Assembly: GCA_903813345.2 (NCBI GenBank)
Contig: CAIIXF020000001.1
Location: 40,300,001 to 40,364,000, forward strand
Origin: Owenia fusiformis
Lineage: Eukaryota
Direction of reading: 5' to 3'
DNA length: 64,000 bases
Each line of letters opens with the position of its first letter. Positions within the stretch are counted from its first letter, which is position 1. Below, one piece after another: positions 46,253-60,420 of the stretch. The notes under the pieces were generated by a model, which saw only the letters and a list, made by a program, of their open reading frames with translations, ran no database searches and was not told the origin of the DNA. The translations under genes and the position numbers were made by a program.

Positions 46253-46482
46253 TCTACTCTCATTTGCAATACTGCATCCCAATATGGGGCACAGCAAGTA
46301 AAAAAAACTTTAGAACCACTTTTTAAAATGCAGAAAAGATTTCTTAGAATAGCTATACAATGCAAAAGCAATAGGGAGCATACATCGGGTTTCTTTGCCC
46401 AACTTAAAATTTTAAAGATATTTGATGATCTCCAAATTTAACACTAACTATGGAAAGAAAAGTATTTTAGTTCAAGGTGGCC

Positions 46483-47296
46483 TAACCCCCCTATCACACC
46501 AAACTCGTTCTTACCCGTTCTTGCCAGTCCTACGAAAACGTCGTCAAACGGGCTCAATCTGGCTGTGGTCGGGAAATATGTCTGAAATAATTAGCTTCTT
46601 CGTTCTTAAACAGTCTTCAATACGTCCATCTCGTTCGCAGTTCGTTCAGGTCGCACCACGTCGGTGTGCAACGCCGTAGAACGCGTCCCTTAGTCTAGAA
46701 GGTCATCATGACCTGATAACAGAACGGTATGGTCGCAATCGAATTTTGAATCGATTCAAAATTCTAAAATCCCATTCCAGTCTGAGAACGTTCATAAAGT
46801 TCGTAAACAGATCTTAGAAAGTTGCAGCTACGTTCATTCCGTTCGCACACAATTTAAAACCAGTTTTGAAGAACGCAGTGGCAACTTGTTTGGTGTGATA
46901 GCTATATTTTTGCTAACTCGTTCATAAGCAGTGTTAAATACGTTCTTAATCAGTTAAAACCCGTTTGCAATGAGTTCTACCTCGTTCTCAACACGTCCTC
47001 AGACAGTTCAACTCGTTGTTAAAACGTCCCTAGTAGGATTGAAGTACGACGGTTCCGTTCGTAGTACGTCCAGCTCGTCGTTAGTACGTTGTCACTCGTT
47101 CTAATTGTAGAACGTGACGACCACGAGAACATTTTGAGCATTGTCTAAGTTCTAGAGGACCTACCCGTTCGAGTACGTTCGATGGAGTTTGTAAATAGAT
47201 CCCGAACGGTTCTTAGTAAGTCCAGTCCGTTCGTACACAGTTGAAGCCCGTTTTCGAGAACGTAGTGAGAACTAGTTTGGTGTGATAGAAGGGTTA
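46483..47296. mobile_element. TCACACCAAAC-family MITE, copy 3, inserted in the host LINE
   Basis: taaccccccctatcacaccaaac...gtttggtgtgatagaagggtta; interrupts the RT C-terminal QGG/LWN motif. Confidence 0.85.
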
Positions 47297-48200
47297 TATG
47301 GAATAAAACACCCTCTGATATCAAAACCCTAAAGAGCATCCCTATTCTCAAAAAGTCATTTAAAGACTATTACTGCAATCTATACTTGGAGGAGTAGTTC
47401 CTGTACAATCTAATCAGATGTTATCATGTCATACTGTTTAATAACTTAATATTGAAATTATACATTCCATTACTATACACATTTTGATTTTGATTGCTTG
47501 TGATTGTAGAGACCTTTAATCATTTCAATTAAATCAGTTTAATTTATCAATTATGTACAATATCATACTTTACACAATTACATGTATACTTCTTATAGTA
47601 TTACACAAATCATTGTAAATACCATTGAGTGGCACCTAATACTCCCTCTTGGGGGTCATAGCCACTACAACCAGTCCTGTAAATATGTTACATTGATTTT
47701 AATAATTAAAAAATATATATATGATTTATCGTTTATTTCCTATTTATCGAAATTAAATGTGTCATAAGTGACGAACCGGATGTTGATTGATCTTTATTGT
47801 AGCCATACATGTACTTATATGAACAAATAGACAAAATAGACAAAAATACGTTATTGCGTCTTTCTTTGTAATTTATGACCCTCGTTGAGCACAACTTCAA
47901 CTTCTAAAGGTTTTCAATTCATCATCGCCGCAGAACTTCGTTTTATATGCAAATTACAGTATGATTTCTCAATCGACACTAATATCATTATCAAATGACA
48001 TTTACGATATTATATCAGACTACATCTAGAACTTTATTAACATGAACAGAAGTTCTTTTGAAAGTAGGATTATGCACAGTGACGTGTGTTTACTTGATCT
48101 ATACAGCAGCATCCCCCCACTGTGATCTATATATGAATGTGACAATTATATCTACCTGGTGTTAGGCCACGAGGAATTATTAGATCTTAGGGTCGAGATG

Positions 48201-48377
48201 GCCGGTGTAAAATAGATTATGGTCCCCTGGGGATTATGGTCCCCTTTCTTAAAGGCCCTTACTGGCCCTGATTGTGGATACAATAATAAGGGAAATAGTT
48301 GTATTTAGGTCACCATATTTAAATCAATGGAAAGTAGGACCATAATTTGATAGTACCTCCTACCCTTTTACACCGGC
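48201..48377. mobile_element. 177-bp MITE
   Basis: TIRs gccggtgtaaaa / ttttacaccggc; second copy at 44240-44397. Confidence 0.7.
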
Positions 48378-48971
48378 TTTGTATTTCCCTACCCTGAAAG
48401 CCAGAGGCTAGCAATAAAAACTACCCGATGAAAAATATTGTTATGAGATGGCCATAGAAATAGCTTCTATGGACTTTAAATTCAAGGGAGTTTTGATAAG
48501 AAATAAATGCCTTGCAAAGGGGATTTGATAGCCAAAACTAGAGCTTATCGAAAAAACAAAATAGCATCCGCAACCGTCGCCATCTTGCTACCGAATATTA
48601 AAACCATCGTAATTATAAAATATTTATTGGGTAATTCCTATTGTACACATCCTAAGTTGAAATGCTCCGCAAAAATCCAGCTCGTGTATGAAAAGGGCCA
48701 TACCTTCCATACACAGTGGCACTGGACCCCAATATAAAGACAGGAGGAGGAGGAAATTTTTATTCCCATCATATAAACCAACAAGGAGGTCAATTTGTAT
48801 CCATATTTTACCCGTATGTTAATAGTAACACCCGGTTACTGAAAAGCGTATCAGTCACGAGTATATACATCCAAGAGCTCCAACAATCGAGTAAGAATTT
48901 AAGAAACCTTCGAATTTAGCAACCAGAACGTTAACAAAACGAAACCAAGTCGTTATGAAATTCACCAGATA

Positions 48972-49821
48972 CACCCTATGCAGACAGAGCCTGTGGGAAA
49001 TATTGGGTGCGGAGCAAATGAGCGGAGGGTGCGGAGCTAACGGTCATTTTTGAATTTAAATTTGGGATATTTCTGAAACTAAGCCGTTTTGGGACTTCAA
49101 ATATACCAAGATATGTGTATTTGACACCAAATATCAATACAATTGTGAAAATAGTAGCGCAATTCATTCTATAGCGACGCAGTGTGCCTTAAACCTTTCC
49201 CAGACCTATATATTTTGAAATTATCCTTTTAATACTGAGTCCCCAGCATTCATAAAAAATGGTGTTCAAGGTACACTATCTATACAAATTATTTTTGCAT
49301 CTTGGAAGCCAGGCAGTATCTGTGTGATTTTATAAAAATTCGGAAATGTTTTCAGATATGAGCCCCCTCTAAATATTGGGTGCGGAGGAGCTCCATAAAC
49401 GTACCTCCGCACCCAATATTTAGAGGGGGCTCATATCTGAAGAACATTTCCGAATTTTTATAAAATCACACAGATACTGCCTGGCTTCCAAGATGCAAAA
49501 ATAATTTGCATGGGTAGTGTATCTTGAACACCATTTTTTATGAATGCTGGGGACGCAGTATTAAAAGGATAGTCTCAAAATATATAGGTCTGGGAAATGT
49601 TTAAGGCATACTGCGTCGCTATAAAATGAATTGCACTACTATTTTCACAATTTTATTGATATTTGGTGTCAAATACACATATCTTGGTATATTTGAAGTC
49701 CCAAAACGGCTTAGTTTCAGAAATATCCCAATTTTAAATTCAAAAATGACCGTTAGCTCCGCACCCTCCGCTCATTTGCGCCGCACCCAATATTTCCCAC
49801 AGGCTCTGTCTGCATAGGGTG
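48972..49821. mobile_element. 850-bp palindromic element, CAC...GTG termini, 5-bp TSD (Transib-like), copy 2
   Basis: agata|CACCCTATGCAG...CTGCATAGGGTG|agata; nearly identical to 41618-42467. Confidence 0.9.
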
Positions 49822-50437
49822 AGATAACGTCCTGGTTGCTGAAGTGAGGGAAATCTCACTCAATTATAAGAGCTGCTGGACATATTTTCTAGCTTTTCAG
49901 TAACTGGATTAGTCTTGCTTAAAAGACCCTGTACTCCCCCCCCCTTTATCCTTCTCTCTAGGAGGTGACGGGGGGGGGGTGGATACAGTCTTTGAGCAAG
50001 ACTATAACTGGATGTTACTATTAACATTCGGGTGAAAATATTTGGAGACAAATCAACCTCTCTGTTGATGAAAATTATTAGAGTAAAATATTCCTCCGGC
50101 GGAAGTTCATCTATTTTGTTAATGTCTTTATAACCAGTGAGTGTGGAAACTACTTGATATTTATCACAATGCAACTAATTTATTAAATGAACGGTCTATA
50201 CATGACGTCTGGACTGACACGTTTCAAAACGTCCATCAGGATTTGGCACGTCTTTGCAAAGAACGACAAAGCAATGCGACATTCACAAACGACTGGCGCA
50301 TTGAGCATTTTATCTAGAAGATTCAATATTCCATCATTGCTGTCAAGGTTATTTCAGAAATTGCTGGGACGGTTCGTGTAGTGTGACACCGGTGTCTTTG
50401 ATCATCCCTTTCATTTTGATCGTATTCAATAATAATA

Positions 50438-51150
50438 CAGGGTGCTAAAAAGTGAACCCTTGCAGCAAGCTATATCTCAATCATTACTTATATTGATGGG
50501 CTAATATTCTTACATGTTTAAGAGGAAGGTTGTGGGTACCATAAAGGTCACTCAGTCTTAAATCTAACAGAAGTTACATGGCACCAACAGATAAGCTTGA
50601 TTTCTGGATGATGTCTTCAATTCATGCTGTTCTGGATGCATGACTGCTGCAAAGCAATGTTGAAGTTATTTACTACTCGTTAAACTTCAGAAACAACTTT
50701 TTTCTAAAAATGCATTAGAAATACGAAATACCCTTGATATGCTGGATAAAGCAGTGAAGTTGTTCACTGCTCGAAAAACTTTAGAAAAAACTTTTTTCTT
50801 GACACTGCTCACTGCTCGAAAAACTTTAGAAAAAACGTTTTCTTGAAAATAAAGAAAATGCATTAGAAATACAAATTACCCCCTGATATGCTGGATAGAG
50901 CAATGAACAACTTCAACATTGCTAGCAGCAGTCATCCAGAACCCATGAAGCGTCATTCAGAAACCAGGCATGTTTGTTGATGCCATATAATCTCTGCTGG
51001 ATTTATGACTGAGGACCTTTATGGTATCCACAAAAACTTAAGATATTCCTCTCAAAGATGTAAGAATATTTGCCTATTAGTGTGGGTAATAACAGAAATA
51101 TAGCTTGCTGGCCCCCCTTGTTGCAAGGGTTCACTTTTTGGACCACCCTG
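50438..51150. mobile_element. Tc1/mariner-like MITE
   Basis: TA|CAGGGTG..AAAAAGTGAACCCTTGC ... GCAAGGGTTCACTTTTTGGACCACCCTG|TA with long imperfect arms. Confidence 0.8.
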
Positions 51151-51468
51151 TATACTACTTTTAAGAATCAAAAATTGAAAATCGAGGCTAGAAGCTAAGT
51201 CATTATATATTGTGTCAACCTGAACTTTCTCCGAGGCACACAACGAGGTCTCTTTATCTGAATCAAAGGAACGTCTGCAGTGCTAGGGCCTATTATCATC
51301 TGAGAATGTTCTGAGATGAAATATCTATGATGGCATTGAGCGTCCTGCATCTCAATTTAGCCATGGATTTACACAGTCAGTCCGTGATTTAGCTCAACTG
51401 ATGGTTTGCGAAGGAATGGAGTCATTAAACATGGTATTTTATATATAGCCATTTTCCTGCTGCGATAT

Positions 51469-51773
51469 CAAGGAGGATTGGCTCCCAGGATCGAAACTCG
51501 ATATTTTCCAACAATGAAAACGTCGAAATGTCGTTATTTTCTGAAATTAAAACCGACTATAAATTCAAAATAAACAGTTCAAAAGATTCGAACCAATATC
51601 TCGATCATTTCTTGTGAGTTTTGGAATTTTTCGTTTGGAAATAAGACCAAAATTCACGATTTAAATGTTGAAGTGAACAAAATGGCGGCTGTTTGAATTC
51701 GAATTTTGTATTACGACATACCCATATATGGGACAGAATATCGGTGGTGCACTCTGGGAGCCAATCCTCCTTG
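51469..51773. mobile_element. MITE with 9-bp TSD (Mutator-like), 305 bp
   Basis: TIR caaggaggattggctcccag / ctgggagccaatcctccttg; exact TSD ctgcgatat at 51460-51468 and 51774-51782. Confidence 0.85.
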
Positions 51774-53512
51774 CTGCGATATGAAGTAAACTAACCGTCA
51801 TTTTCATAGATTTATCCCGATTTATTGTCAATATTCGACGATAAAGAATTATTTATTAGTGTTATAACTACTGTTTAATACTTCTAACTTTTGACTGTTT
51901 AATATTTAATAAATAACCATGAACTAGCAAGTGCATTTTCGGGTCTGATTTTCTATAAACATGTTTTGTTGGATCGAATCCCATTAAGACACCAGGCCAT
52001 CCCTGGAGCCCCCCCCCCCCCAGCATTGCTAATTGTATTTGGGTGAGTGGTTCGAAAGAAAGGGCTAGTTTGGTTGAGTTTTGAGACTGGTTTAAGGATT
52101 GGATTGGATTGGAAGGTCGAGCTACAAGACTTACTGATACTGCTAGGCCCCCAAGTCCAAAACGACCTTCTACTATGCTAATATGGGTTGATTCTAGCAT
52201 TTAAATCATGAGGGCTCAAAAATTCATTAGATATGTCAAGAGGAACGTCGTCAAATCAGATATTAAAGATTATGAATTAGCCTAGAATGATCAAGGCTGT
52301 GGGAAGAGATTCGTAATCTCCTGGGTTTCAGACTAATACCAAATCTGATACTCATCACATATTTCTCTTTCTCAACTTTCTAGGCCTATTTCTTAAAAAG
52401 TTCAACAGTTTTGACTTTATTTCAGGATAATTCTTCAATGTCTAGGTCATGTGGCATAAAAATGAAAAAGTTCCAAAAAGTCTCCTTTTTAATTTTAGTG
52501 AACTTGAAGATTTCTGTATGTTACATCAATAACTCAGACCAGATGATCTCAATTCATTCTCTTTCTTACAGGAGACGGAAGGAAATTGTGGATCACTTCT
52601 GGACACCCGCGTTCGGAGAATGCGAAAGAATTGCTTCCAACATCGTTCACTCTCTGTCCCTTCTACTTCCTTAAGTTATTTCAAACCGAATAAATGATCT
52701 CATATTTACTGAAAATATCAGGCGCGAAATTCAAATTCGTTAATCAATAGTATTAGACTGATCTCTCACAGATCTCTCTATAATATCAGAGTTATTACTG
52801 ATTGTTATTATATAGAATATAATAATCGCGTGATTAATGTAGATAACCAAAGAAAATTATTGTATGCTTGATAGAATCATAGAATTCTTTCACAACATTT
52901 AATTCTTTTGACCACATTTACATCTCTTTAGTTAATGACCTGCGACCAAATGAAGATTAGGAACGCAATCATTTATTGTGAAGACACATTTTTTACGTCC
53001 CGATAATCATTTATCCTGCAAATAGCCCCATTTAATAGTAGTTAACTCGAATGAGTTCAACAACAGTCAATCCAAAGAGAAGGTGGGCGTGGCACATTGA
53101 TAAGTTACATGTAACCCGTATGAATTTTATTGATCTATGAAAAAAGGCACCAAACATGCAGATCTTCTTTAAACGTATATCGATTGAACAGAAAAATACA
53201 AGAAAGTGTCTCATGTTACTTTAATACACAAGTACAAGACATTTAGAAATCCTCTGAAACTCGAGGCTCTCGAGGCAATAACAGAGGTAAGATCCAAATT
53301 AGGCGCTGCAAATCAAAATAAACTGGGCAAACTTTAAACTAAAGAAAGAATTATGCCATCCTTGGAGCAGGGTATAAGTATTTTATATTAATTTTAGCAT
53401 AAATGAAGTCCTTTAAAGAAGGTTGGAATTATACTTATGTTGGTCATAATTTTCATAACCCCTAATCCCTTAACATAATTTGGCAGTTGCCTCGTCAACT
53501 TCATAGCTAGTA

Positions 53513-54314
53513 CAGGGTGGGCCATAAAATGGGACACTGCTTAATTGTTAATAAACATATTTAAAATCACATATATGGGGGATTAAATTGTGCTTTCATA
53601 GGATATATTCATTTATCCCACGATTATTGCACAATAACAACAGCCAGTGATGTTTCTGATATTATGGAGATAAGCCTATAAACCGCATATCCTTGAATTT
53701 GAATTTTGGATTTTTCGAGTGATGTGTCACATATCTTTTATGCTGCAGAAGTTATGACAGTTTTATAATGTGGTGTGGCAATTCAGCACCAAATAACATA
53801 TTTTGTTAATTAACAATGAAGAAATCGAAAGATGTTCCATATGTATCTTTATGAGCAATAATAGCTCTCAGATTTTTGAAATTTTTGCTATCATACGTAA
53901 TTGACAATATCATTGACTTATCATAATTTACTGATGTGCTTGTTTATTTTCATAACCTTGTTCATTTTAGCACAGAAACTCTGAATTTTTGGCTTTTCCA
54001 CAATTACGTACGACACGCCAGGTAAAGGTAATTAAAATTATGAAAAATAGCGAAATCAAATAATTTTACCTAAAATGATGTACTAATGTGATTCAAAAAT
54101 TCTCTTAAGTCAATAGTTGTTTTTGACGGTATTGTGTCACATGTCTTGTGTTAAGCAAAAAAATAATGAAATAATCATTTGCCTTATTATCAAATTCATA
54201 CATCTACAAATATCAAAACTATGCTCATTATTTTTCATTTATTTTCATGATCTTTGGTTCATATACCGTTTTAAAAGGAATATATGTGAGTGTCCCATTC
54301 TTTGTCCCACCATG
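53513..54314. mobile_element. old Tc1/mariner-like element
   Basis: ta|cagggtgggccataaaatgggacact ... agtgtcccattctttgtcccaccatg. Confidence 0.55.
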
Positions 54315-55270
54315 TTTATGTAATCATTTTTAGTTGTGTACGTTGTATTGTTTCGAGACTAGAAGTGTCACAATTGTTAAAGTAAAAAGCCATTTCTTTA
54401 CTTACTCTGAGAATACACGCAAGAAGCCAGGATCAGACTTGTCAGCAGAATATGCAGGGATCCTCTTATCAAATCCATCATGTCATCACTCACTGAAAAC
54501 ATTTGCAAATTGTATCATTATTCTGAGAGTCCACGTCTGAATTTGCCATCACAATGAGTAAAGCCGTTCGTGTAATTTTGTATGAGAAGATGTGTTAGCT
54601 TAGAAGTTTTACGCAAGGCAACATTTCGATGTGTAATGAAGATTTATACATAAGAATCTGCATAACGGGCGATGTGTGCTGTCGACCATTTAAAGTAAAT
54701 TTTACTTCTAAGTGCGCTCTTTGCTTATTGACGATTTTACCCTTCGTCCTGAAATTCTATTAAATATTTTCTTACGTTTTGTTTTTTCTCATGATATTCT
54801 AACTGTGCGCAATGATTGTTGCTTGTTTATGAGCGGCACTAGCTTTAATAAACTCCAATGTTTAATTCGCAACTGCTAATATAGTAAAACTACGCATGCC
54901 AGTCAGCGCAAATCCTCAATCAAAAGAATCTACAGTTACAATCGGAAATTTGCAATACCACTAAAGCAGATATCAATCGTTATACTTCTTTGGTTCTGTA
55001 CTGATTTATTGTATTTTTCACCTTAAGGATTTAAAGATATAATCCCACTTATTCACCGAAAATATAACATTATCTCAGGTAATTCCGATTGCGCCTGTCA
55101 GTATGCTTTTGAAAGTAAAATGATAAAATTATATCTACAAACAGTGTACAAGACAAGACAAACTATATGTGGTTGATAATTGTCGTTTCACCATAATTAA
55201 ACGGCACATTCAATGTAACGTATTAACGATGATCTTCTCTTTTAACTGACCCACGGTGCGATGTCTACTT

Positions 55271-55531
55271 CAATGGTGATCCACTCGATTACGCTGGTTA
55301 CCAAAACGAACCGTTTTGGTAACAAAATGTCGGAACGTCGATGGTACGATTTTTCTTTTTTCCTTATATCACGCGTTGTAGGCGAAATCCCCACGACATT
55401 TTTTCTCACAAACGTATATCAGTATCATATGTTATAGAATCGTCGATTTAATTACTCACTTAAGTTACATAAACGGTTTTTCGAAAAACGGTTCGTTTTG
55501 GTAACCAGCGTAATCGAGTGGATCACCAGTG
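55271..55531. mobile_element. CACTGGTGATCC-family element (internally deleted copy)
   Basis: ca(a)tggtgatccactcgattacgctggttaccaaaacg ... ggatcaccagtg; flanks tactt/aactt; same family as 59166-59701 and the end fragment at 39206-39252. Confidence 0.78.
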
Positions 55532-57188
55532 AACTTGTGGCATGCAGTTTGATTCACTGATAAACTGCGCGCCTATTTCAAAATGGCATTGGCAGGTAGC
55601 GAGGACACGGCTCGAAGAATTTAGAACGACCAAAATACTGGGAATGCAATGTCAGTTTCGTTCATTAGACAGTACCATTATGTGGAGACGAAGTTACGTT
55701 ACAAGTACCACTGAATTTGTTCCCCGTTGTAAACCTAGTTATCTCAATATAAGGGTCCTAAGTAGTTTTCCTGTTAAAATGTACCGCGTCAGAGTTATGT
55801 CTGTTTATCGTCCTTTGCCGTTTATTCAGCCATTGTGCTTGTATATACTGAAAGATATACTAGGATTGGTGCATCTGGTTTAAGTAATGTAGTTTGTGTG
55901 TAAAACGATTACAAGCCTTATAGAACGTGATTTAAATTTTTCCTATCAAACTGGTCTGCGTGCTTACATTCATGTGAATTTCCCAAACTGCGTGCCTAAA
56001 CACGGTGAGCATAACTACCCAATGTAAATCGTTCCGGACTTGTTTTTCACAACCATTTGGACTCATTTTGAAGGGGAATGAGATGAGACATTCATCAGAA
56101 TGGCTCAAAAAGATTTACAATTCACTCGTTTAGTAAAATACATACACTAACTTGTACCTAAGACATTCCTTTTCATACCCACGTATCTATTTTGCCGATC
56201 GTGCCATCATAGATCATATTTATCGGCATTAAATAACAAAAAGTGCCAAAAATATGCTCTAAATCTCCATTAGTGTCATTTAACTGGGCTTAAACAAAAA
56301 CATCATTTTATAACGTGGAACACTATCCACTACATTAAAGATCGTATTAATATTTGAAGTATCTGTACCTTCAATTTGCCATAAATGTCCGAAATGAACA
56401 AATTGGAGTTAACGACGGCGAATGGTCATTATTCTGACACGGACTTGTCTTGTAATCACTAGGTGAACGACTGCAAATTGTACACTTTTTGCTTTCGACG
56501 TGATAAAAATAACAATTTGAAATTGTCAATGGTATTCTTACGTTCTGTTGCTTGATAATTTGTCTATGCTTTTGAAAAAATTGCATTTAGTATGTTTTTG
56601 TTTTATAGGAGTTTTTGTACTTATTATTCACACATTTTGTAATTTCAGTTCCCCGAAACAAGTGACACGAATGTACTTTTAGAAGTGCAGACAAAAATAT
56701 GTTCATTGAACATTTCGAGAGGGACCATCGCTCAGATTTATTTAGGCTTGACGTTCCTTTTCGTGAACATCCGATGTTGTAATTAAACTCGCTATAGTTA
56801 ATAACGTTAGTACAGTTCATTGCTATGGGTCAATAAAAAGATGATAGAATCAATGTTTGTGCGGGCATAGAACGTATTTCGGTAATCAATGATGTTTGTA
56901 TATATTCTTTTCAAAATATATTTGGGGCTCAAATTATTATTGTAAGTTTACAGTAAATCCTGTCTTAGTGGACACCTCTCTCGTAAAGAGGTAAAACCTA
57001 TAGATTTTAGGCCATTGGATAATTAAGTGCATTGAAAGTTAAGGGGGCTTTACTGGTTTGATGCCACGTTAGCTGGTTCCATATTATTTTATCAGTGGAT
57101 GGATTTTATTTCCACATTGGTTTTCCTTAAGTTTGAATTTTACAATGACTTTGTAATTAGTACTAATTAGTCCCACGTGATGATTATC

Positions 57189-57281
57189 CATCCTCCGGAC
57201 ACAGGCCTCCAGAATTCGTACCTCCTTCTTTGAAGAAGGAAGGAACTTGGATGATGTCTGGGACCATGCGTTTGGAGGATG
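57189..57281. mobile_element. short relative of the 2324-2554 MITE
   Basis: catcctccggacacaggcctccagaa ... tctggg...ggaggatg. Confidence 0.55.
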
Positions 57282-59165
57282 TGTTTACAATGATCATTTA
57301 GTCAAAGAATGAAATTTTGTTCCGGAGGAATTGTAAAAATATATGATTGAATTTTTACATTACTTTCTGCTTTTTCATATATTTATATCCTTATTTTACC
57401 ATTAGGCCAAGGTCTTATTTAGTACCCGGGCCTTAGTATGTGTACTAAACGAAACGACACGACATCTGGGGCTGTGCAAACACAGTAGTTTCATTGGTTG
57501 ATTACCCTGCACGCAGAGTCTAGTTATAAACTTTATGAAGTCGCATAACCGTAATGAAGACGAAGCTCTCTTTTAAGAAGTGAAGTCGAACGAACACATT
57601 TAGGGTATTGGTTGATAGAACAGTATACCATAAAAGGCCAACGCTTAACACAATGAAATTACGAACGAGGCACGTATTACGTTCGCCCTTGCTTATGCTA
57701 AGCAAATAAGGAAGTTATTCACAATTATTACATTCGTTTTTAGAAATTAAACACACTTCAATGTATGTGTATGTATGTATGTATGCACATTGTATGAAAG
57801 TCCATATATTAATTGGCAATAAAAATCACTCATTATTTCTACATTTTCATTTGATTTAGTGGACCAAATTGCCCGCTTGGCAAAATAGAATTATTAAAGG
57901 ATTAGGTACAGTATGGCAAGTGATTTTGGACATATCTTTCACAATGAGTACTTTGTGGGCATAAAAACAATGGTGTTTTCTTTTAAGTGAATCCAGAATT
58001 AGTTTGACCTTGAACTTTTATCGGGTGACGTCTTTAGACAAGATTGTCTGAGGAAGCAATTATGAAATGCTATCATTCTAGATCTGTAAAGCATTGTCAA
58101 TGAAGGACCAAACCACTGGGGAGTATCGTGATGCAACAACACCGTGTTGTTGCATCAAGATGGCCAGACTTCCGGTTATAGATTTTCGTACGATATGTTG
58201 TTTCCCCAATTTAAACCCATTTCTAGGACGAGCTTTTCAATAACCATACACGTGAAGTTAGCGCACGGTCTATATTTAAAGAAACTCTCATTAGTATACA
58301 TGTAGCATCATCAAGAAGCAAGAAGTTCACGGTTTTAGTTCCCCACTATTGATGCAACAACACCAAACCGAAGATGCAACAACACTCCTCTAGATTTGAG
58401 CAATGATGCAACAACACCAATTAATAGTATTATTTCAGAAGACCATAAATCTCGGGAGGAACAGATTTTTAAATGCTACTATTGCAACACCGGGCCAGTA
58501 CCCATTTGCGTTCTTCTCAGGCATTCAAAATACACGTCCTGTGGGCAAAGATTCTTTATATGTATTTTCAAAAATTTATACTTATAAATATCATAATGTA
58601 CTGGAAGTTGTTTTATAACATAGTTCAATCACCTTTAACATTGGAAGCATATAGTAACCCAGAATCTATTTTCATAAACACCTGTTCCATAGCTTGATGA
58701 CCCTGATACCAGTTAGTATCATTCAAAATGGTGGACAAACATCTTTCGTTCTCGGTAAACACGACGAGCTTTTGGAAATTTTGCACGGCGCACATGTAGA
58801 AGTATTGTTCTCTTTGGATTCGTTCTCCCCGATTGAGTAAAAAGGTAGGTAATAGGATTTAGGTCCCGAAAAGGTAAATTGATAGGGGTACAGTAATCCC
58901 AGATTCCCCCTGGGCCCTCGGGAAATATCATAATGTCTCCCGGAATAAAACCAATATTGAATCCCTCTCAGTAAATAACCTCTATATAATAGCATTGTAT
59001 AACTGCAATATCATTAAACCAACACTCATCGGAAGTTATGGCGTTTTGAAAACTCAAAATCGCTAAAGGTGCCCCATGTAAAGTCAATGGGAAATTTTTT
59101 TTTGAAGTGTAAAATACGACATATATACGACCGAGTACAGCTTAATTTAATGAAAGCCTTTAAAT

Positions 59166-59701
59166 CACTGGTGATCCACTCGATTACGCTGGTTACCAAA
59201 ACGAACCGTTTTGGTAACAAAATGTCGGAACGTCGAAGGCACGATTTTTCTTTTTTCCTTATTTCACGCGTTCTAGGCAGAATCCCAAAGACGTTTTTTC
59301 TCACAGCGTGCATCAGTATCATATGTTTTAGAAAATGTACATGTTTGCGAAAAAATAGCTCAGAGGACAACAGAATCGTCGATTTACTTCCTCACTTAAG
59401 TTACATAAACGGTTTTTCGAAAAACAGTTAAGATCTGCACTTTTAACCCAAACCGTTTATGTAACTTAAGTGAGGAAGTAAATCGACGATTCTGTTGTCT
59501 TCTGAACTATTTGTTCGCAAATATGTACACTTTCTTAAACATATGATACTGATACAAGTTTGTGTTAAAAAATGTCGTGGGAATTCTGCCTACAACGTGT
59601 AAAATAAGGAAACGAGAAAATCGTACCTTCCGGATGTTCCGACATTTTGTTACCAAAACGAACCGTTTTGGTAACCAGCGTAATCGAGTGGATCACCAGT
59701 G
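59166..59701. mobile_element. 536-bp palindromic CACTGGTGATCC element, 5-bp TSD, nested in 58114-61109
   Basis: taaat|CACTGGTGATCCACTCG...CGAGTGGATCACCAGTG|taaat. Confidence 0.88.
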
Positions 59702-60124
59702 TAAATGAAGGGTACCTCAAAAGCAATCTAGCTTCAAAATTTGGACACAAAAATGTCTCGGTCAAATTCAAAGTTTTCCTTATTTTTGTGATTCTGACAC
59801 TACACTTCAATTATATTCTTCGATATTGTGTATACTTGTAGCCAAGAGTGTACTAATAGTGTTAGCCTTTTGCCGTCAGAAAGTATTTTAACCCACTTTT
59901 GAGATATGGGTGTCCAAAAAGTAGATCAAAATAAAAAAATTCTCCAAATTTAACGTTTGAGTTATGAATAACATAAGAATATAATTTTCTCAGGAATCAG
60001 AATCTGCAAACCAAATTTCGATCCGACTTCTGGTTCGGAAGTTATGGCGTTTTGAAATTTCGATAAAAATCGATCTGATGGTATCCTGATAGAAAGTCAA
60101 GAGTAGCGAAGAAAATGTTGAAAA

Positions 60125-60420
60125 ATCCATCCATCCTTCAATCCATCCTTCCTATCCTATCATACTATTCTATCCTATCGTCCCTTCTTATTCTATCCTA
60201 TCCTTCCTATCCCATCCCTTTTATCCCTATCCGTTCCTTCCTATCTATCCTTCATATCCTGTCCTTCATATCTATCTATCCTTCCCATCCTTTCCTTCCT
60301 ATCCTTCCCATCTTATCCTTCCTTGCTGTGCTATCCTATCTTTCTTCTCTATTCTCTCCTATCATTACATCCTATTCTGTCCTATCCCTCCTTTTCTATT
60401 TCATCCATCCATCCATCTTT
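60125..60420. repeat. polypyrimidine-rich low-complexity (TCCT/ATCC) tract
   Basis: tcctatcctatc... degenerate tandem repeat; source of the spurious ORF 60115..60450. Confidence 0.85.

Larger units (their letters stand above)
44787..47420 (+). mobile_element. decayed CR1/L2-clade LINE reverse transcriptase fragment (host of two insertions)
   Basis: ITRGVPQGSILDPLLFIIY, FADDTNLL, WFSTNKLSLNIEKTNYMTF, IYYSLIYSH/LQYCIPIWG, KMQKRFLRIA, QGG..LWNKTPSDIK; frameshifted. Confidence 0.88.

Noticed and set aside
41622..49817. Four near-identical 63-aa ORFs (MNC.TIFTI...) resembling a small gene family
   Set aside because: They are the four arms of two palindromic transposon copies; no evidence of coding function
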